Source: Desulfatitalea sp. BRH_c12 (GTDB taxonomy: Bacteria; Desulfobacterota; Desulfobacteria; Desulfobacterales; Desulfosarcinaceae). Taken from it: a stretch of DNA of 32,000 nt. Below, one piece after another: positions 27,471-32,000 of the stretch. The stretch's first letter is position 1, and each line of letters begins with the position of its first letter. Location: the NCBI GenBank assembly GCA_000961655.1, contig LADR01000024.1, positions 297,682 through 329,681 on the forward strand, in the 5' to 3' direction. The position numbers and the translations under genes were made by a program. The notes beneath the pieces are model-generated. The model had not been told where the DNA came from. It did not search any database and saw only the letters and a program-made list of their open reading frames with translations.

Positions 27471-28574
27471 ATGGGCTATGTGGCTGTCAAAGGCGGTGCT
27501 GCTGCCATCGATAATGCCGCGATATTCGCGCTGCATCGCAGGGCCGGCGGTCCATCATCGCCGCTCGAAACGGCCCAAATCCGAGAGCAACTGCATTTTG
27601 CCGTGGACCGGGTGATGGGCGAGGGCTCCTTATACGCGCCGGATCTGGCGGCGCTCGCATTTAAGCAGGCCGCCGGAGACACCTTCGAAGCTGCTTTCAT
27701 CCTGCGCGCCTATCGCACTACACTGCCCCGCCTGGGGTATTCGCAGCCGATCGCGACCGACGGCATGCGGGCGATCCGCCGCATTTCCGCCGCGTTCAAA
27801 GAGATCCCCGGCGGGCAGATTCTGGGCCCGACCGCCGACTACAGCCTGCGACTCCTGAATTTTGACCTGCAGGAGGAATCGCCGGAGCGGACGCAGCAGA
27901 TGATCGCGCAACTGCTCAAAGAAATACCCCATGCGAAACCCTTGCCCAGGCGCTTTCCAAAGGTGGTCGCGATGCTGCGTCGCGAAGGGTTGCTGATCGC
28001 CCGTAAGCCGGTGGCCGGCAACAATGGCGATCCGGCGGATGTTACCCGGCAAGCCCTGTCATTTCCGGCACCGCGCAGCGCCCGGCTGCAAACGCTGGCG
28101 CGCGGCGAAACGGGCGGGCTGCTGGCCCTGGCATACTCCAACATGCGCGGCTACGGTTCAATCCACCCTGTCATCGGCGAACTGCGGGTGGGATTCCTGC
28201 CGGTTCTTTTCAAGAATCCCATCAACGGTCTGCTGGAATCCATCGGCGAAATCCTGGTGACCGAGGCCGAAGTGATCGCGCGCATCGGTGATGATCAAGG
28301 GCCGGCCATGTTCAGTTTAGGCTATGGATTGTGTTTCGGCCACAACGAAACCAAGGCCATCGCCATGGCGGTGCTTGACCGGGCCATGTCCGGCCAGGCG
28401 CCGGAGGTGCCGTCCGAGGATCAGGAATTCGTGCTGACCCACGTGGACGGCATCGAATCCATGGGGTTTTGCAACCACTATAAACTGCCGCATTACGTCA
28501 CATTCCAATCCGAGCTGGATCGTTTGAGAAAAATTCAGAACGACCCGCGTCCAGAGGAGGATACTTGCCCTTGA
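27471..28574 (+). CDS. phnI: C-P lyase subunit PhnI (ribosyl-transfer component)
   Basis: The sequence MGYVAVKGG..AID.A, QLHFAVDRVMGEG, FILRAYRTTLPRL, RRISAAFKEIPGGQILGPT, and YKLPHYVTFQSELD matches E. coli PhnI along its full length. Confidence 0.9.
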   Translation: MGYVAVKGGAAAIDNAAIFALHRRAGGPSSPLETAQIREQLHFAVDRVMGEGSLYAPDLAALAFKQAAGDTFEAAFILRAYRTTLPRLGYSQPIATDGMRAIRRISAAFKEIPGGQILGPTADYSLRLLNFDLQEESPERTQQMIAQLLKEIPHAKPLPRRFPKVVAMLRREGLLIARKPVAGNNGDPADVTRQALSFPAPRSARLQTLARGETGGLLALAYSNMRGYGSIHPVIGELRVGFLPVLFKNPINGLLESIGEILVTEAEVIARIGDDQGPAMFSLGYGLCFGHNETKAIAMAVLDRAMSGQAPEVPSEDQEFVLTHVDGIESMGFCNHYKLPHYVTFQSELDRLRKIQNDPRPEEDTCP

Positions 28575-29506
28575 CGACCGCAATGCCCACCCAACCGAAC
28601 CTGCCGTCGACGCACTGGCGGGCCGGCATGCCTTCAGCCCGCAAGCGCTATTCGTATGCCTTTCTCGACGAAGGCGCCAAGCGTGAAATCCGTCGTAAAC
28701 TGCTCAAGGCCGTAGCGATCCCCGGCTGCCAGGTCTCATTCGGTTCTCGCGAGATGCCCATTGCCCGCGGCTGGGGAACAGGCGGACTGCAATTGACCCT
28801 ATCGCTCATCGGCCCCGATGATGTCCTCAAGGTGATCGATCAAGGATCGGACGACAGCGTCAATGCGGTCAACATCAAAAAATTTGTTCGTAACGTAACG
28901 GGGGTGCCGCTGACTACGGACACGCGCGTGGCCACCTTGATCCAGACCCGCCACCGTATTCCCGAGGAGCCTCTGCATGCGAACCAGCTGCTCGTTTTCC
29001 AGGTGCCGATTCCAGAGCCGCTGCGTCTAGTCGAGCCGTCTGAGCGTAAAACACGGCGGATGCACGCGGAGGCGGACTACAGCCGTATGTGGCTTTACTT
29101 GTATGAGGATATCGTTCGATTCAATGAAATTACGGTCGGCGCCCGTTACCCCGTGATGGTCAATGGCCGCCACCTCATGGACCCTAGCCCCATACCACGC
29201 TGGGACGTGGCCAGGCTGAACCAAAGCGAAGCTCTTTTGCTGTTTTGCGCCGGGCGGGAAAAACGGATCTACGCCATTCCTGCCCATACCGACGTCGAAC
29301 CGCTCTCTTTCGAGGATTTCGCTTTCCGAGTCGAAAATTTTCACGGCCATTGCTGCAGCCGTTGCGGCTGTGCCGGAAGTTTCCTGGATGAGGTGATCGT
29401 GGATGAAAGCGGCCGAAGAACTTTCATCTGCTCGGACACCGCCTACTGTGAAAAGATGCGCCGGCGTGGTGCCGCGGCAGACGCCGCACAGGAGGAAAAT
29501 CGGTGA
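28565..29506 (+). CDS. phnJ: C-P lyase catalytic radical-SAM subunit PhnJ
   Basis: YSYAFLDE..KREIRRKLLKAVAIPGCQVSFGSREMPIARGWGTGGLQ, LIQTRHRIPE.PL, FQVPIPEPLR, and the Cys cluster CCSRCGC...FICSDTAYC. The start is ambiguous. TTG 28565 has the best RBS (GAGGAGG plus 4 nt) and overlaps the phnI stop; the alternatives are ATG 28583 and ATG 28628. Confidence 0.9.
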   Translation: MPLTTAMPTQPNLPSTHWRAGMPSARKRYSYAFLDEGAKREIRRKLLKAVAIPGCQVSFGSREMPIARGWGTGGLQLTLSLIGPDDVLKVIDQGSDDSVNAVNIKKFVRNVTGVPLTTDTRVATLIQTRHRIPEEPLHANQLLVFQVPIPEPLRLVEPSERKTRRMHAEADYSRMWLYLYEDIVRFNEITVGARYPVMVNGRHLMDPSPIPRWDVARLNQSEALLLFCAGREKRIYAIPAHTDVEPLSFEDFAFRVENFHGHCCSRCGCAGSFLDEVIVDESGRRTFICSDTAYCEKMRRRGAAADAAQEENR

Positions 29507-30360
29507 AACCCATTCTTCAGGTAAGCGGACTGACCAAACGCTACGGACCAGGCTGCCCGGAGTGTCTGCGCAGGACGGGTGCGTTGCACGAGACCAATCA
29601 GTGCCCGCACTGCCGCTCAATCATCGCCTGCCGCGAAATCACTTTCGATCTGTTTCCCGGCGAAGTCCTTGGGATCGTCGGTGAAAGCGGATCCGGCAAA
29701 AGCACTGTGGTGCGTCTGCTGCATTTTGACGATGAGCCTACGCAAGGCGAATTCAGGATCAAGCTCAATGGCAGCGCGGGTGCAGCATGCAACCCCGACC
29801 CCGGGCGGAACCTCTTCGCGCTTGGTGCATTTGAACGACGGCAGATCCGCAATGCGCACATGGGCATCGTCTACCAAAATGCGCGCATGGGTCTGCGCCT
29901 GAAGGTAAGTGCCGGCGGCAATATCGCCGAACGCTTGCTGATGGCTGGTTGGCGCCATGTCGGGCAAATGCGACAGCGAGCCGCTGAATTGCTGATTGCA
30001 ACTGAAGTGCCGGTGCTGCGCATCGACGAACCGCCGCAGCATTTTTCGGGCGGCATGCAGCAGCGGGTGCAAATCGCCAAAGCCCTGTCGACGCGTCCGG
30101 CGGTGTTGCTGCTCGATGAGGTCACCACAGGGCTGGATGTCTCCGTGCAGGCGCGGGTGCTCGACCTGATCCGATCCCTGCAGCAGGAAACGGGGGTGGC
30201 CACCATTGTGGTCTCGCACGATCTGGGGGTTATCCGCCTTCTCACCTCCCGCACCATCGTGATGCGACATGGCTGCATCGTCGAGCAAGGCTTGTCGGAC
30301 CAGATCCTCGAAGATCCCCAACATCCCTATACGCAACTGTTGGTCAACTCGATGTTGTAA
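29503..30360 (+). CDS. phnK: C-P lyase-associated ABC-type ATPase PhnK
   Basis: GTG start in a GTGA overlap with the phnJ stop. FDLFPGEVLGIVGESGSGKST, VSAGGNIAERL, FSGGMQQRVQIA, LLLDEVTTGLDVSVQARVLDL, and HPYTQLLV match E. coli PhnK. It carries an extra CxxC..CxxC insert near the N-terminus. Confidence 0.9.
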   Translation: MKPILQVSGLTKRYGPGCPECLRRTGALHETNQCPHCRSIIACREITFDLFPGEVLGIVGESGSGKSTVVRLLHFDDEPTQGEFRIKLNGSAGAACNPDPGRNLFALGAFERRQIRNAHMGIVYQNARMGLRLKVSAGGNIAERLLMAGWRHVGQMRQRAAELLIATEVPVLRIDEPPQHFSGGMQQRVQIAKALSTRPAVLLLDEVTTGLDVSVQARVLDLIRSLQQETGVATIVVSHDLGVIRLLTSRTIVMRHGCIVEQGLSDQILEDPQHPYTQLLVNSML

Positions 30361-30402
30361 CAGACCCACTTCAACTCCTGAGAACCCGTAGGCGGCTGCG
30401 CT

Positions 30403-31089
30403 ATGTTAAGAGTAGAAAATATCCAGAAGCATTTTATATCCCACGTCCTGAATGGCAAAGAGGTCGTCGGATTCCGGTCGGTCTCATTCAAAGTGCTGCC
30501 GGGCATGGCGCTGGGCCTTTCGGGTCCCAGTGGCTGCGGCAAAAGTTCTATTCTCAAATGCATCTACCGTACCTATTTAACCGGTATGGGGAAAATCATT
30601 TACAACTCGCAGACATTCGGAACGGTGGACCTGGCAGTGCTCCCTGAAAACGAAATTCTGGCTTTGCGCCGCAAGGAAATCGGTTATGTATCGCAGTTCC
30701 TCTCCGTGGTGCCGCGTCAACCGGCTGCGGAGGTGGTGGCGGCGCCGTTGGTGGAAGAGGGTGTTTCTCGGGCTGTGGCTCTTCAGCGCGCGCGCGGTCT
30801 TCTTGATCGTTTGAATATCGGCGCCCGGCTGCACGCGGCATATCCCGCGACTTTCAGCGGAGGCGAAAAACAGCGTGTGAACCTATCCCGCGCGATCATC
30901 CGGCCTCCGCGACTGCTGCTGCTTGACGAGCCCACTGCGTCGCTCGATGCCGCTTCCATGCAGGTCGTGCTGGATCTGCTCCTGGAAATCAAAGCCCGGG
31001 GCACCACCATCATTGCCATATTTCACGACCAAGCCATCATGGATCGATTGATGGACGATATTTACACCATGCCCGTAAAGGAGTCATAG
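30403..31089 (+). CDS. phnL: C-P lyase-associated ABC-type ATPase PhnL
   Basis: The sequence VENIQKHFISHVLNGKEV, GPSGCGKSS, YVSQFLSVVPR, FSGGEKQRVNLSRA, LLLDEPTASLD, and IAIFHD is co-linear with E. coli PhnL. Confidence 0.9.
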   Translation: MLRVENIQKHFISHVLNGKEVVGFRSVSFKVLPGMALGLSGPSGCGKSSILKCIYRTYLTGMGKIIYNSQTFGTVDLAVLPENEILALRRKEIGYVSQFLSVVPRQPAAEVVAAPLVEEGVSRAVALQRARGLLDRLNIGARLHAAYPATFSGGEKQRVNLSRAIIRPPRLLLLDEPTASLDAASMQVVLDLLLEIKARGTTIIAIFHDQAIMDRLMDDIYTMPVKES

Positions 31090-31091
31090 TC

Positions 31092-32000
31092 ATGACATGT
31101 GATATGATCTCGGCCCCCAAAACCATCATTCACAATGTGCGCGTGGTCTTGCCGGACGCTGTCTTGCCGGACGCCGCCGTGGTGCTGGAGCAGGGTATTA
31201 TCCGCGACATCTTAACTGAACCGGCGTCAAACAATGGTTACGTCCGCATAGATGGCCGCGGCTGCTTGCTGATGCCGGGTTTCATCGATATCCACAGCGA
31301 TGCCATTGAAAACGCCATCCAACCGAGGCCGGGCGGGCGCTTTCCCGTGGATGTCGCGCTGCACGAACTGGACAAACAGTTGGTGGCATGCGGCGTCACC
31401 TCAATGTATCACTGCTTGTGCTTTCTGGACAGCGCGGATAACCCGCCCTTCCGCAACGCCGAAACGACGGACTACTTGATCCACCAGATTCATGAACTGA
31501 AGTGTGGTTTTCGGGCGCGCACCTATGTGCATGCACGTTATGAGATCACCAATGAGGAGGGGTTCGTCCATGTGGAGCGCTTGCTTCGCAAACGGCTGGT
31601 TCATTTCTTCTCCATTATGGACCACACTCCCGGACAGGGGCAGTTCTCCGATTTGGCCGACTTTCGGAACTACTACACCAATGCCCGCGGACTATCCGCC
31701 GAGCATGTGGAGCGGCTCATCGACCGGCGGCTCGACGTCGGCCGGCGCATCGACCGGCCCGGGATCGAGCATCTTGCGCAGATATGCCGCGGCGCCGCAA
31801 TCCGCATGGCCAGTCATGACGATGACTCCAGCCACAAAGTGGCGGCCGTGAGCCGGCTGGGCATGACTCTGTCGGAGTTTCCAGTCAATCTGGAAGCCGC
31901 GCGCGCTGCCCGGAGCCATGGCATGCTGATCTCTTTGGGGTCGCCCAATGTGCTGAGGGGCGCATCGTTGACCGGTAATCTATCCGGCCGGGAGGCTATC
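31092..32000 (+). CDS. phnM: PhnM (ribosyl-methylphosphonate-triphosphate diphosphatase, amidohydrolase family), 3'-partial
   Basis: Not in the supplied ORF track because no stop is reached. I translated frame 3 by hand from ATG 31092 (AAGGAG plus 8 nt) to 32000: 303 codons with no stop. Motifs: LMPGFIDIHSD, SIMDHTPGQGQF, IRMASHDDDS, EFPVNLEAA, and SLGSPNVLRG, compared with E. coli LLPGLIELHTD, SLMDHSPGQRQF, ALASHDDAT, and MGAPNIVRG. Confidence 0.85.
   Translation, partial: MTCDMISAPKTIIHNVRVVLPDAVLPDAAVVLEQGIIRDILTEPASNNGYVRIDGRGCLLMPGFIDIHSDAIENAIQPRPGGRFPVDVALHELDKQLVACGVTSMYHCLCFLDSADNPPFRNAETTDYLIHQIHELKCGFRARTYVHARYEITNEEGFVHVERLLRKRLVHFFSIMDHTPGQGQFSDLADFRNYYTNARGLSAEHVERLIDRRLDVGRRIDRPGIEHLAQICRGAAIRMASHDDDSSHKVAAVSRLGMTLSEFPVNLEAARAARSHGMLISLGSPNVLRGASLTGNLSGREAI

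Overview
GC-rich bacterial chromosomal window with 28 supported protein genes. No rRNA, tRNA, CRISPR array, integrase or transposase was seen. Heavy sigma-54 usage and gene content are reminiscent of Desulfobacterota-type genomes, but this cannot be proven from the window.

Gene order:
- (1) 5'-partial membrane sensor with an H-box but no kinase ATPase domain.
- (2) TRAP transporter operon (SBP, small permease, large permease).
- (3) EamA/DMT permease.
- (4) Minus-strand pair: Gly-zipper lipoprotein with a poly-proline tail, then a large secreted FecR/W-G-P-repeat protein with a disordered basic tail.
- (5) Enoyl-CoA hydratase, and dodecin with its own terminator.
- (6) murJ.
- (7) CoA-disulfide-reductase/rhodanese fusion plus a small outer-membrane barrel.
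- (8) GAF/sigma-54 enhancer-binding protein, divergent from a -24/-12 promoter that drives a small unknown ORF plus a tripartite RND efflux pump (MFP, HAE1 permease, NodT-type OMF).
- (9) Minus-strand phosphite operon (ABC importer phnCDE/ptxABC-type plus ptxD).
- (10) Divergent C-P lyase core phnGHIJKLM. phnM runs off the window end, so it is absent from the ORF track.

I see no clear novel defence or mobile system. The points most worth a second look are:
- the ptx/phn reduced-phosphorus island with a single shared importer and a shared 228-bp control region;
- the textbook enhancer/sigma-54 architecture in front of an RND pump that has an unknown leader gene;
- the ATPase-less sensor;
- the uncharacterised envelope gene pair;
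- a 23-nt hairpin repeat family scattered through the intergenic gaps.

Many long ORFs in the track are antisense artefacts of GC-rich coding sequence and were rejected.
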